Shown: in pieces, positions 43,591-53,423 of the stretch | How positions within the stretch are numbered: the stretch's first letter is position 1 | How the letters are laid out: every line of letters begins with the position of its first letter | Assembly: GCA_902528705.1 (NCBI GenBank) | Contig: CABZTM010000002.1 | Span: 1,892-65,891, forward strand | Reading direction: 5' to 3' | Source: an uncultured Bacteroidota bacterium | Lineage (GTDB): Bacteria; Bacteroidota; Bacteroidia; Flavobacteriales; Flavobacteriaceae | Length of the DNA stretch: 64,000 nucleotides | Notes under the pieces: model-generated | Told to the model about the DNA's origin: nothing | Seen by the model: only the letters and a program-made list of their open reading frames with translations | The model's database searches: none | Position numbers and translations under genes: made by a program

Positions 43591-46500
43591 ATGAAGAATT
43601 TTAAAAACATATCGCTAATAATTTTTACTCTTTGGAGTTTTATCTTCTCTGTCAATATTCAATCTCAAGTTAATAATATTAGCCAAAACAGAACATATGA
43701 TGCTGATGCTACGAAAAACGTTGTTTATTTTATTGGCAATAATGAGTGTATCAATATAACTATTGATCTAAACATGATGTCATTCCAAGATCAAAACGGA
43801 AATTATTATGGGTTTGATTTGGGTGATGGAAATAACTATCAACCAATACCGGATAATTGGGATTTTGAAATTACCAATTTACCATCCCCTGGAAGTGAAT
43901 TATCTTCTGACGGTAAAACCTTTAAATATTGTACTGGATCCGAGAACCCAAATAATACTTTCACCATAACAATAAAAATTTTTGATAAAAATACTGGAAC
44001 AGAGATCTCAAACCTTGGTAATGTAAATCTTACTCTATACATAAGAGATAAATTTAAAATCGGTAATGGTATTTGGAACGCCTGTGTGAGTCGATTTATT
44101 CTCTCTGTAAGTGAAACAATTGATGGAAATAATCAATCTGCTTGTTCACCTTACACGATTAAAGTATACAGATTAAATGAAAAAGACGCTGGACCAATTT
44201 ATGAAAATACACAAGATAGCAACACTTGGAATTTAGATCTTGATATTGGACAGTATCAGGCAGATATTACAGACAGTTGTGGTCAGGTTATTGAAAATTA
44301 CCTAATAGATATTCGTGATGCATATACATTTTCTGTAGATATTCTTTTTGAAGGATTCCAATGTTTTGACGATAACAGTGGTCGAGTAGTGGTGCAAATT
44401 AAAGGTGCTCAAGTATTTCAAGGTGGTGATTTGGATGGACAAATTAAATGGAGTCTAACAAATGCTAATGGCGATATAATTAGAAGTAATGGTACAAATG
44501 CTGGACAGTCGAATTATTCATCTAATCAGGGTGGAGGACCTCCTTTTGATTATGGTGTTGTAGATTTAGCAATTGAAATTCTTGGTCTGCCTGAGGGTAC
44601 GTATACATTTTATTTTGAAGATGCCAACGGTTGTACTGAGGAGAAACAAATCACTATTGAAAAGTCAGTCCCGATTACTGCAAGTCTTTTGGATGGTGCA
44701 GTCGATCAATTAGCATGTCACGGTGATACAAATGGTAAATTATGTTTTAAAGCTTCTGGTGGTTGGACTGAGCCTTGGGATGGTAATTCAATTAATACAG
44801 ATGCCTGGGGAGCTCCATACTCTTTTACACTTTTAAATTTAACAACTGGACAGGGATATAGTTCAGGCAGTGTAACCAATCATTTTGATAACAGTGGAAA
44901 TCAAGATGGTTATCAAACATGTTTTAATAATCTTCCTGCCGGTAAATATCGATTGACAGTTGGAGAAACTGTTGCGAATGATCCTTATGACAGCTCTAAA
45001 ACGATTTTGTGTGAGAGAAGTTTTCAGGAGTTTGAAATTACTGAACCTGATCCAATAACAACTGCTCAATCAACGATAAAAGGTATTACATGTAAGGGTG
45101 ATGATGATGGTGCTATTAATTTAGTTGTTGCTGGCGGAACGTCCCCATTTACTTATTCTTGGACCAAATCAGGTGATGCTTCATATTCTGCATCAACTGA
45201 GGATTTGAGTGACTTATCGCCCGGAACATATAATGTTACGATCACAGATGCCAATGATTGTTCGATTTCTAGATCATTTACAATTGAAGAACCCGATACC
45301 TTGGAGATGCAGGCCTCTATTTTAACAGAAATATTATGTTATGGTGATGACGGGTCAATAAAAGCTGAGATTACAAAACAATCTGATGGTCCATATGTAT
45401 TTAGAATAAGTGGTACCGACTTTAACAACAATACAATTACACCAGTAGGTGTAACACTGTCAGATGTAAATAATCTAAGTACAACATTTGTAGTAAAGGC
45501 AGGAACTTACACAGTTTCTGTAACTGATGCTAATGGTTGTCAATTGGCTGAGGAAAACATTACCCTTACACAGCCTGATGCTCCACTTATAATTGATAGT
45601 TCTACCATTCAAAATATTTCGTGTTTTGGGGCTGATGATGGCTCTATTGATCTAGTAGTTTCAGGTGGTACAGGAGCTTACACATATCAGTGGTCTAATG
45701 GAGCATCTTCTGAGGATTTATCCAACTTAGCACCTGGGACATATACCGTTACGATAACAGATGCTAATCAGTGCTCAACCTCAAAACAATATACTGTTAC
45801 TGAACCAGCACTATTGGTTGCTTCTGGGACTAAATCCTCGCATAACGGTTTTGAAATTACTTGTAATGGTGCAGATGATGGATCAATTGACCTTACAGTT
45901 TCTGGAGGAACTAGTCCTTATGTTTATTCTTGGACTAAAACAGGAGATGATTCATATACCAGTTCTTCTGCAGATATATCAGACCTATCACCTGGAACAT
46001 ACCAAGTAAATGTAACTGATACAAATGGCTGTAGTTCTGCTCAGACATTTACTATTACTGAACCGGATGAATTATTAATTTCTTCATCAATTTTATCAGC
46101 CATTGGTTGTTATGATGGAAATGCAAACATCCAAGTCGATGTTACTCAGGCATCTGTTGGACCTTATGTGTTTACGTTAGCTGGAAACGATTACAACAAT
46201 CAGCCTGTTTCTTTGAGTTCAAGTTCATTAGTTGTGTCGGATTTTGATGCTGTATTTAATACTGTTAAAGCTGGGGTTTACACAATAAGAGTTACAGATA
46301 GAAATAATTGTTTTAAAGAACTCCCACTAACAATCACTCAGCCTGATGCAATTACAATTAATTACCAAGTCTCTGATTATAATGGCTTTAGTGTAAGTTG
46401 TCTGGATTCTAGCGATGGTTCAATAAATATTTCAGTTGCTGGAGGAACAACAAATAATGCTGACTATACATTCTCATGGTCAACAAGTGATGGTTCAGGT

Positions 46501-49410
46501 CTTGATCTAAGTTCATTGAATCAAAATGGTCTTACTGCAGGAACTTATAATTTAATTGTGAGTGATGATAACGGGTGTAGTATTCAGCAAGAGATTGTAT
46601 TAGATGAGCCAACAGAAATTACAATTACTGAAAATATATCTGACTACAGTGGTTATCAAATTAGCACCTCAGGTGGTAGTGATGGTACCATAGTATTGAA
46701 TGTAGTTGGTGGCACAAATAGTTTTACTTACCAATGGTCGACTAATGACGGCAGTGGCCTGTCTGTAAATCAAAAAGATCAGAGTGGTCTCTCTGCTGGC
46801 ACATATACAGTTGTTGTTACTGATTCAAACGGATGTTCTGTTACAAAAACTTACACTTTAGAAGAACCGACTGCATTGCTGATTTCGATTGACAATAGTG
46901 TTGTCTCAAATATTGCATGTTTTGAAGGAAACACAGGAAAAATTAAAATTGATATCGATCAAGCCTCTGTTGGACCATATACTTATGAAATCTTTGGTAC
47001 TACTTACACTGGTGATCCGTACCTAAACAGAGTTGATAATATTGATCTGCTAACTTACACCTTTACTGGCCTGGTAGCTGGTAAGTATCAGATAACAGTT
47101 ACTGATGGTAACGGAAATTCTACTACAACAGGTATTAAAGAAATTACTCAGCCTGAAACCCCTCTAATTGTTACAGCTGTTTTGTCAACATATGGTAATT
47201 TTAATGTTGGGTGTCAGACTGACAACGATGGTTCAATTGATATTACAGTTTCAGGTGGTAATGTTGCAGGAAATGTAAATTACACTTACGTGTGGTCAAC
47301 CACAGATGGAAGTGGTTTAATTCAAGGTGAGGAAGACCAATCTGGATTGGGCCCAGGAACATATACGGTTTCTGTAACAGACGAGAATAATTGTACAGCA
47401 ACCCAATCCTTTACTTTAACTCAGGCACAACCATTGAATTATGTATTGGATAGAAAACAAGATATTACGTGTTTTGGAGATGATGATGGAGCAATTGAAA
47501 TTTCAGTGACTGACGGTACAGGTGTTTACACATACGATTGGTCAACCACTAACGGGAGCGGACTGGTTCAAGGCCAGCAAGACCAATCTGGACTAAGTCC
47601 TGGTGATTATAAATTGATTTTATCTGACTCATGTACAACTCTTGAGTATAATTATACGATCAGATCGCCTGGAGAACTAGAAATTTCACTTGATGAAGTT
47701 CAAAATGTTTTATGTTTCGGAGATAGTACTGGAAAAATATCTGTTACAGTATCTGGCGGAACACAACCTTACAATTACGTATGGGTAGATAACTTTGGAA
47801 ACACTTATAACAGAGATATTGGGAATGTCTTTAACTCAGGAAACTTATCAAATATCCCTGCTGGAACATATACCTTAACTGTAACAGATTCTAATCAATG
47901 TAGTGCAACATTGCCATCAGTAGAGATTACTGAGCCTGCAGATTTATTATTGTCATTTGATAAAACAGACCTGAGTTGCTACAACTCCAATGATGGTACA
48001 ATAACTGTAACTGCATCAGGTGGAGTATCACCTTACACATATAACTGGAGCGATTTAGGAAATGGAAGTTCAAGAGATAATCTTGCTGCAGGAACATATT
48101 CAGTCATAGTTAAAGATGCAAACGAATGTGAGGAAACAGTTGATATTGTTATTGCAAATGCTGAATTATTTGATGTAGATCCAGTGATAACTCAAATCAG
48201 CTGCTTTGGAGCAAATGACGGAAGTATTGAATTAAATTTTGTTGGTGGTGTTGGAAATGTAAATGTTCAGTGGACTGATGACTCGACTGCTGGTGTAAAT
48301 AGAAACAATTTATCTCCTGGAGTTTACTCAGTTTTAATTACGGACGAATCGTCATGTACTATTGAAAGAGACTTCACAATTATTGAACCTCAAGAAATAG
48401 AAATTACTGGAATAATCACAAATGCAATTGATTGTATTGAACCGAATAGCGGCTCAATTGATTTGCAAGTTGCTGGTGGGACAGCCCCATACACTTTCTC
48501 ATGGTCCAACGGCTCAACAACTGAAGATCTTACAAATGTCCCTGCAAACAACTATTTAGTTTCTGTTACAGATTCTAATGGTTGTATTTCTGAAAAGGAA
48601 TTTGAAATAACAAGACAGGACGATTTACAGATTATTTTGGATACAGAATTATTTGCAATTTGTGATACAAGAGAAGTCTTCCAGAAAAGTAGTGTTTCAG
48701 TTTCTGGTGGGGTTGCACCATACACAATAGCATGGTCCAATGGTATTGTTACAGGAACAAATGGTGAAATAATGGATACAAATGTTGAAGGTTCATACGA
48801 AGTTACTGTCACTGACTTTCTTGGTTGCAGCGAGTCATTGATTTTTAATGTGAGTTTACCTGAGATTGGTTATCCGGAATTTGATTATACATCATTTTAT
48901 TCTACAACTTATGGTGGATTATCAATCAATGATCCAATCACATTCACAAACCAATCAACTGAGGAGTATTTTTCTGTGCTTTGGAATTTTGGAGATGGAA
49001 ATACATCAACAGACGAAAACCCAACACATACATATTCAGCTAGGGGATGGTATGATGTAACACTTACTGTTGAATTTATTTTAGGTTGCTCATACTCAAT
49101 TACTAAAACTCTATATATAGGAGATGATTATGAAATGGTTATACCAAATGCGTTTACTCCAAATCTTGACAATATAAATGAAACATTTAGACCAGTCTAT
49201 TATGGAATTACTAGTATTAGACTAACTGTATATGATACCTGGGGAACACTTATATATTACGAAGATTCAACAGAAAATGAAATGATAGGATGGGACGGAA
49301 CAATCAATGGTAAAAAAGCTGAGAACGGAAACTTCTTTTATCAAGTTTCTGCTACTACATACACAGGAAATTTGATTGAAAAAAATGGTGCATTTACATT
49401 AATAAGATAA
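43591..49410 (+). CDS. giant cell-surface adhesin: novel N-terminal region, ~16 SprB-type repeats, PKD domain, type B T9SS C-terminal domain
   Basis: Starts MKNFKNISLIIFTLWSFIFSVNIQSQ; the track start at 43576 is 5 codons upstream. Repeats follow the pattern C-x-G-x-x-DGSI-x-L-x-V-SGGT-x-PYTY-x-W...L-x-x-GTYTVTVTD-x-NGC. The PKD motif is WNFGDGNTSTDENPTHTY. The C-terminus IPNAFTPNLDNINETF...YDTWGTLIY...WDGTINGKKAENGNFFYQV...GAFTLIR matches the gliding motility-associated C-terminal domain. Confidence 0.9.
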   Translation: MKNFKNISLIIFTLWSFIFSVNIQSQVNNISQNRTYDADATKNVVYFIGNNECINITIDLNMMSFQDQNGNYYGFDLGDGNNYQPIPDNWDFEITNLPSPGSELSSDGKTFKYCTGSENPNNTFTITIKIFDKNTGTEISNLGNVNLTLYIRDKFKIGNGIWNACVSRFILSVSETIDGNNQSACSPYTIKVYRLNEKDAGPIYENTQDSNTWNLDLDIGQYQADITDSCGQVIENYLIDIRDAYTFSVDILFEGFQCFDDNSGRVVVQIKGAQVFQGGDLDGQIKWSLTNANGDIIRSNGTNAGQSNYSSNQGGGPPFDYGVVDLAIEILGLPEGTYTFYFEDANGCTEEKQITIEKSVPITASLLDGAVDQLACHGDTNGKLCFKASGGWTEPWDGNSINTDAWGAPYSFTLLNLTTGQGYSSGSVTNHFDNSGNQDGYQTCFNNLPAGKYRLTVGETVANDPYDSSKTILCERSFQEFEITEPDPITTAQSTIKGITCKGDDDGAINLVVAGGTSPFTYSWTKSGDASYSASTEDLSDLSPGTYNVTITDANDCSISRSFTIEEPDTLEMQASILTEILCYGDDGSIKAEITKQSDGPYVFRISGTDFNNNTITPVGVTLSDVNNLSTTFVVKAGTYTVSVTDANGCQLAEENITLTQPDAPLIIDSSTIQNISCFGADDGSIDLVVSGGTGAYTYQWSNGASSEDLSNLAPGTYTVTITDANQCSTSKQYTVTEPALLVASGTKSSHNGFEITCNGADDGSIDLTVSGGTSPYVYSWTKTGDDSYTSSSADISDLSPGTYQVNVTDTNGCSSAQTFTITEPDELLISSSILSAIGCYDGNANIQVDVTQASVGPYVFTLAGNDYNNQPVSLSSSSLVVSDFDAVFNTVKAGVYTIRVTDRNNCFKELPLTITQPDAITINYQVSDYNGFSVSCLDSSDGSINISVAGGTTNNADYTFSWSTSDGSGLDLSSLNQNGLTAGTYNLIVSDDNGCSIQQEIVLDEPTEITITENISDYSGYQISTSGGSDGTIVLNVVGGTNSFTYQWSTNDGSGLSVNQKDQSGLSAGTYTVVVTDSNGCSVTKTYTLEEPTALLISIDNSVVSNIACFEGNTGKIKIDIDQASVGPYTYEIFGTTYTGDPYLNRVDNIDLLTYTFTGLVAGKYQITVTDGNGNSTTTGIKEITQPETPLIVTAVLSTYGNFNVGCQTDNDGSIDITVSGGNVAGNVNYTYVWSTTDGSGLIQGEEDQSGLGPGTYTVSVTDENNCTATQSFTLTQAQPLNYVLDRKQDITCFGDDDGAIEISVTDGTGVYTYDWSTTNGSGLVQGQQDQSGLSPGDYKLILSDSCTTLEYNYTIRSPGELEISLDEVQNVLCFGDSTGKISVTVSGGTQPYNYVWVDNFGNTYNRDIGNVFNSGNLSNIPAGTYTLTVTDSNQCSATLPSVEITEPADLLLSFDKTDLSCYNSNDGTITVTASGGVSPYTYNWSDLGNGSSRDNLAAGTYSVIVKDANECEETVDIVIANAELFDVDPVITQISCFGANDGSIELNFVGGVGNVNVQWTDDSTAGVNRNNLSPGVYSVLITDESSCTIERDFTIIEPQEIEITGIITNAIDCIEPNSGSIDLQVAGGTAPYTFSWSNGSTTEDLTNVPANNYLVSVTDSNGCISEKEFEITRQDDLQIILDTELFAICDTREVFQKSSVSVSGGVAPYTIAWSNGIVTGTNGEIMDTNVEGSYEVTVTDFLGCSESLIFNVSLPEIGYPEFDYTSFYSTTYGGLSINDPITFTNQSTEEYFSVLWNFGDGNTSTDENPTHTYSARGWYDVTLTVEFILGCSYSITKTLYIGDDYEMVIPNAFTPNLDNINETFRPVYYGITSIRLTVYDTWGTLIYYEDSTENEMIGWDGTINGKKAENGNFFYQVSATTYTGNLIEKNGAFTLIR
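44664..48850 (+). repeat. array of ~16 SprB-type protein repeats (~75-95 aa each), including three ~260-aa super-units
   Basis: Counted from recurring CxG..DG.I...GG..PY.Y.W and GTY.V.VTD.NGC motifs in the translated ORF. The super-units span 45301-46071, 46072-46875 and 46876-47676. Confidence 0.85.
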
Positions 49411-49463
49411 TTTCTCGAGGTATTCCAGATTAATTTTATATTTTAGTTAATTAACTTAAAAAA

Positions 49464-50042
49464 ATGAAAAGAATATTATTTATATTTTCTTTAGTGCTTA
49501 TCATTTCATGTGAATCACCTGTAAATAATGGAGTATCCGAAGAAAATCAGGCAAAATTTGAACAACAAATAGAGTCTTTTAGAACATTCACTGAAGGTTT
49601 TAGCAAAGAGGACGTAGAATTGACAATGAGTGTCATTGCTGATGATATACAGTGGAGTCCCCCAGTATATAATGGCGGAGAAACTATTGGATATGATGGC
49701 TTCGTTGAGGCTTTGAAAGGTTATTTTGAAACCTTCGACAATGTACAGTTTTTTGAGGGTGAGGGCCCTAACCTTGGTCCAGCTCTTAGTGCAGATGCAA
49801 ATACTGCCTTTTGGTCTGGGTCTTTATATTCAAGTGCAACCCCAACTGATGACCCAAGTGGGTTAAGAGTTTATGGTGTTTGGAAATGGAAGCACACAGA
49901 ATCTGGTGCAGAAGGTGGAAATAAATGGTATGGATTAATCAATTTTAATGAAGAAGGGAAAATATATGGATTTAGTGATTATATGGATTACCATGGCATG
50001 CAAGTTCAAATTGAAAACTATCTTAAATCAAGTCAAAATTAA
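49464..50042 (+). CDS. NTF2/SnoaL-like fold lipoprotein, paralogue 1
   Basis: Lipobox LIISC-ES. DDIQWSPP...GYDGFVEALKGYFETFDN...LRVYGVWKWKHTESGAEGGNKWYGLINFNEEGKIYGFSDY has the sequence pattern of small alpha+beta cone proteins. Confidence 0.55.
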   Translation: MKRILFIFSLVLIISCESPVNNGVSEENQAKFEQQIESFRTFTEGFSKEDVELTMSVIADDIQWSPPVYNGGETIGYDGFVEALKGYFETFDNVQFFEGEGPNLGPALSADANTAFWSGSLYSSATPTDDPSGLRVYGVWKWKHTESGAEGGNKWYGLINFNEEGKIYGFSDYMDYHGMQVQIENYLKSSQN

Positions 50043-50045
50043 ATT

Positions 50046-50576
50046 ATGAGAAATTTTATATTATTATTTGTGGCAGCTTTGTTTGTAGGCTGTGCATCAT
50101 CTGGTGTTCAAGTAACATTTGATGATGAAAAATCAAACGCAATTAGAGCTCACATTCAAAATTATTGTAACAATGATGTTGAAGCTGTTTTAGCTCTCGC
50201 TGCTGATAATGTTGAAGTATACATCAATAGCAGTGAACCAACATCACTTGAGGATGTTTTATCTATTGTAGAAGTTCAACATGCTACATTTGGTCCAATT
50301 ACAACCTCTTGGTCACAAGATGATGGTGGAGAGGATATTGGAGCATGGATTGAGTCAACAAATTATCCTGAGGGACCAGCTAACGAGGCAGTTAGTGTTA
50401 CTCAAGCATGGTTTACATGGAATGGAACTTCAAAATTATCTGGAGAAGTAATTTCAGTTCCAGTTCATGTCGTTTATGTATGGAATTCTGAGGGTAAAAT
50501 TGAGACTGAATATCAGTTTTATGACCCAACTAATATTGCTGCTGCTATTGAGGCTTCTTTGGCTGCTGCAGAATAA
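50046..50576 (+). CDS. NTF2/SnoaL-like fold lipoprotein, paralogue 2 (divergent)
   Basis: Lipobox LFVGC-ASS. It has the same length class and the same C-terminal pattern, VHVVYVWNSEGKIETEYQFYD. It starts 3 nt after paralogue 1. Confidence 0.5.
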   Translation: MRNFILLFVAALFVGCASSGVQVTFDDEKSNAIRAHIQNYCNNDVEAVLALAADNVEVYINSSEPTSLEDVLSIVEVQHATFGPITTSWSQDDGGEDIGAWIESTNYPEGPANEAVSVTQAWFTWNGTSKLSGEVISVPVHVVYVWNSEGKIETEYQFYDPTNIAAAIEASLAAAE

Positions 50577-50601
50577 TCTTTAAAAATTTAAATAATAAAT
50601 T

Positions 50602-51111
50602 ATGAAAAAAATACTTTTTATATTCTCAATATTCTTATTTATTGCTTGTGCATCTGATGATGATAAAGCAAAAATTGATGGTGCTAATCAATTTGTGAGT
50701 GGTATTGAAAAATTTGAAAAAAATAAAGAATTTGCTGACAAAGGATTTGATACTTTTGAATCTGGTGATTTAGATGGCTTATTCGCTTTAGTAAGTGATG
50801 ATTTAATATGGAACCCACCTCACGTTGATTCTCTTTCAAAAGACGATTATGTCTCGGGTATGAGAGGATGGCATTCAGAATTTGAAAATTTCCAATTTAC
50901 TGAAAGGCAATACTTCCCAGGTGTTGATGATTCACTTTATTTACCAAACGGTTCTGTAAGAGCATATGGTGTTTGGAAGTACAATCACAAGGCTAGTGGT
51001 ACAGAATTTTCGACTAAATATTACTCTGTGAGTGAGTTTGATGAATCTGGACTACAAACTACTATATATGAATTTTTTGACAGAGGAGATATTTTCCTAA
51101 AACTTCAATAA
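50602..51111 (+). CDS. NTF2/SnoaL-like fold lipoprotein, paralogue 3
   Basis: Lipobox LFIAC-ASDDDK. DDLIWNPPHVDS...VRAYGVWKYNHKASGTEFSTKYYSVSEFDESGLQ aligns by eye with paralogue 1. Confidence 0.55.
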   Translation: MKKILFIFSIFLFIACASDDDKAKIDGANQFVSGIEKFEKNKEFADKGFDTFESGDLDGLFALVSDDLIWNPPHVDSLSKDDYVSGMRGWHSEFENFQFTERQYFPGVDDSLYLPNGSVRAYGVWKYNHKASGTEFSTKYYSVSEFDESGLQTTIYEFFDRGDIFLKLQ

Positions 51112-51131
51112 ATAACAAAAATATAGATTTG

Positions 51132-51156
51132 AAAGGGGCTTTATGCCCCTTTTTTT
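51132..51156 (+). terminator. rho-independent terminator closing the gldK-to-lipoprotein block
   Basis: AAAGGGGC (51132-51139), loop TTTAT, GCCCCTTT, and a T-run to 51156. The hairpin also encodes the last codons (..KKGA stop) of the convergent aconitase gene. Confidence 0.8.
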
Positions 51157-53399
51157 ATTAGGTTGAGAGCTGATCCTTCTTTATACCATTCTATTTGCTG
51201 TTCGTTATAAGTATGATTGGTTTTTATAATATCTACTTTTCCATTTCTGTGCACAAGTTCAACTGTAATTTGTTTATTTGGTGAGAAATCTTCTAAATCT
51301 ATAAAATTAAAAGTATCGTCCTCCTGAACTAAGTCATAATCATTTTCATTGTCAAAAGTAAGAGCTAGCATACCTTGTTTTTTTAGGTTCGTTTCATGAA
51401 TTCTAGCAAAGGATTTCACAATTACAACTTTTACACCTAAGTGACGAGGTTCCATTGCAGCATGTTCTCTTGATGATCCCTCACCATAGTTATGATCACC
51501 AACTACTACAGTATCAATTTTGTTTTTTTTGTATTCTCTTTGAATGTCTGGAACACTTCCATATTCAGAATCTATTTGATTCTTAATTAAGTTGGTTTTT
51601 TTATTGAAAGCATTTACTGCACCAATAAGACAATTGTTCGATATATTATCCAAATGCCCTCTGTATCTCAACCATGGACCTGCCATTGAAATATGATCTG
51701 TTGTGCATTTACCAAAGGCTTTAATCAATAGTTTAGCTCCTAAAATATTTTTTCCATCCCAGGGTTGAAACGGCGTTAATTTTTCGAGTCTCTTAGAATC
51801 GGGATTTATAACAACTTCAACATTTGATCCATCCTCCATAGGTTCTATATATCCATTATCATCAACATCAAACCCATCAGGAGGCAGCTCCCACCCCTTT
51901 GGTTCATCAAGCATTACTTCCTCACCTTTATCATTGGTCAAAACATCACTTTGTGGGTTGAAAGCTAAATCTCCTGAAATAGCAATCGCAGCAACAACTT
52001 CGGGTGATGCTACAAAGGCATGAGTATTAGGATTACCATCTGCTCTTTTTGCAAAATTTCTGTTGAAAGAGTGAATTATTGAGTTTTTTTCCTCTTTCTC
52101 TGCTCCCTTCCTTGCCCATTGGCCAATACAAGGACCACATGCATTGGTAAAAATTTTAGCATCTAGTTTCTCGAAGATTTCTAAAAAACCGTCCCTTTCA
52201 GCGGTGAATCTTACTTGTTCTGATCCTGGGTTAATTCCAAAAAAAGCTTTTGTGGATAGGTTTTTATTTACGGCTTGATTTGCAATGGATGATGCCCTTG
52301 ATAAGTCCTCATATGATGAATTTGTACATGATCCAATTAATCCCCAATCTATTTTTCGAGGCCAATCATTTTCTTTCAAAGCATCCTTCATTTTACTGAT
52401 TGGTGTAGCGATATCAGGTGAGAAAGGACCATTTATATGTGGTTCCAGTTCAGATAAATTTATTTCTATAACTTGATCAAAATATTTCTCAGGATTTTCA
52501 TAAACTTCTGGATCTCCTGTTAAATAATCTTTTATACTATTTGCCTCATCAGCAATTTCACTTCGCCCCGTAGCTCTCAAATACTTTTCCATTGAGTTAT
52601 CATACCCAAAGGTTGATGTAGTAGCCCCAACTTCAGCACCCATATTACAAATAGTACCCTTGCCTGTGCATGATAAATTTTCTGCACCTGGTCCAAAATA
52701 TTCAATTATTGCACCTGTTCCGCCTTTGACTGTAAGTATTCCAGCAACTTTCAAAATAACATCTTTTGCCGAGGTCCATCCAGAGAGTTTTCCAGTAAGT
52801 TTAACTCCAATTAGCTTCGGAAATTTTAATTCCCAAGCCATTCCAGCCATAACATCAACTGCATCAGCACCTCCTACTCCTATTGCAACCATACCAAGTC
52901 CACCAGCATTTACAGTGTGGGAATCTGTACCAATCATCATACCCCCGGGAAACGCATAATTTTCAAGTACAACCTGATGAATTATTCCAGCACCTGGTTT
53001 CCAAAAACCAATACCATACTTATTAGAAACGGATTCTAAAAAATTAAAAACCTCATTACTTGTATTGATCGCTTGTTGTAAATCAGTACTAGCCCCAATT
53101 TTTGCTTGAATTAAGTGGTCACAATGTACTGTAGTTGGTACTGCAACCTTCTTTTTTCCTGCTTGCATGAACTGTAACAAAGCCATCTGGGCAGTAGCAT
53201 CTTGGCAAGCAATTCGGTCAGGTGCGAAATCTACATAATCAACACCTCTTTTAAATGGTTTTTCAATTTTCGACCACAAATGAGAATAAAGAATTTTTTC
53301 CGAAAGGGTAAATGGATGCTTACATACTGATTGAGCGTGATCAACTTTTTCTCTGATGGAGGAATATATTTTTTTAATCATTTCTAAATCAAACACCAT
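51141..53399 (-). CDS. acn: aconitate hydratase (~750-aa mitochondrial-type form)
   Basis: Fe-S ligand motifs are IGSCTNSS and [10 protein letters not shown]. The substrate motifs GTDSHT, HCDHLI and the C-terminal swivel domain [10 protein letters not shown] are also present. Confidence 0.95.
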   Translation of the reverse strand: MVFDLEMIKKIYSSIREKVDHAQSVCKHPFTLSEKILYSHLWSKIEKPFKRGVDYVDFAPDRIACQDATAQMALLQFMQAGKKKVAVPTTVHCDHLIQAKIGASTDLQQAINTSNEVFNFLESVSNKYGIGFWKPGAGIIHQVVLENYAFPGGMMIGTDSHTVNAGGLGMVAIGVGGADAVDVMAGMAWELKFPKLIGVKLTGKLSGWTSAKDVILKVAGILTVKGGTGAIIEYFGPGAENLSCTGKGTICNMGAEVGATTSTFGYDNSMEKYLRATGRSEIADEANSIKDYLTGDPEVYENPEKYFDQVIEINLSELEPHINGPFSPDIATPISKMKDALKENDWPRKIDWGLIGSCTNSSYEDLSRASSIANQAVNKNLSTKAFFGINPGSEQVRFTAERDGFLEIFEKLDAKIFTNACGPCIGQWARKGAEKEEKNSIIHSFNRNFAKRADGNPNTHAFVASPEVVAAIAISGDLAFNPQSDVLTNDKGEEVMLDEPKGWELPPDGFDVDDNGYIEPMEDGSNVEVVINPDSKRLEKLTPFQPWDGKNILGAKLLIKAFGKCTTDHISMAGPWLRYRGHLDNISNNCLIGAVNAFNKKTNLIKNQIDSEYGSVPDIQREYKKNKIDTVVVGDHNYGEGSSREHAAMEPRHLGVKVVIVKSFARIHETNLKKQGMLALTFDNENDYDLVQEDDTFNFIDLEDFSPNKQITVELVHRNGKVDIIKTNHTYNEQQIEWYKEGSALNLIKKGA

Positions 53400-53415
53400 A
53401 AAAATTTATTTATTA

Positions 53416-53423
53416 CAAAATTA
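53416..53423 (-). promoter_or_regulatory. candidate -7 box (TAATTTTG on the minus strand) for the aconitase gene
   Basis: The plus-strand sequence CAAAATTA lies 17 nt upstream of the ATG at 53399 and is a perfect TAnnTTTG match. Confidence 0.4.

Noticed and set aside
43576-51111. Visibly higher GC of the adhesin and lipoprotein genes as a sign of horizontal transfer
   Set aside because: By eye, groEL, aconitase, the S9 peptidase and gldK/M show a similar GC level. The very AT-rich stretches are membrane-protein genes (rodA, mreD, uppP, ftsX). The contrast therefore looks driven by amino-acid composition. There are no flanking tRNA, integrase or direct repeats. A windowed GC and codon-usage calculation would settle it.
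52285-52959. Plus-strand ORFs 52285-52476 and 52660-52959 antisense to the aconitase gene
   Set aside because: Same reasoning: these are P/S/A-rich shadow translations inside a strongly supported CDS.
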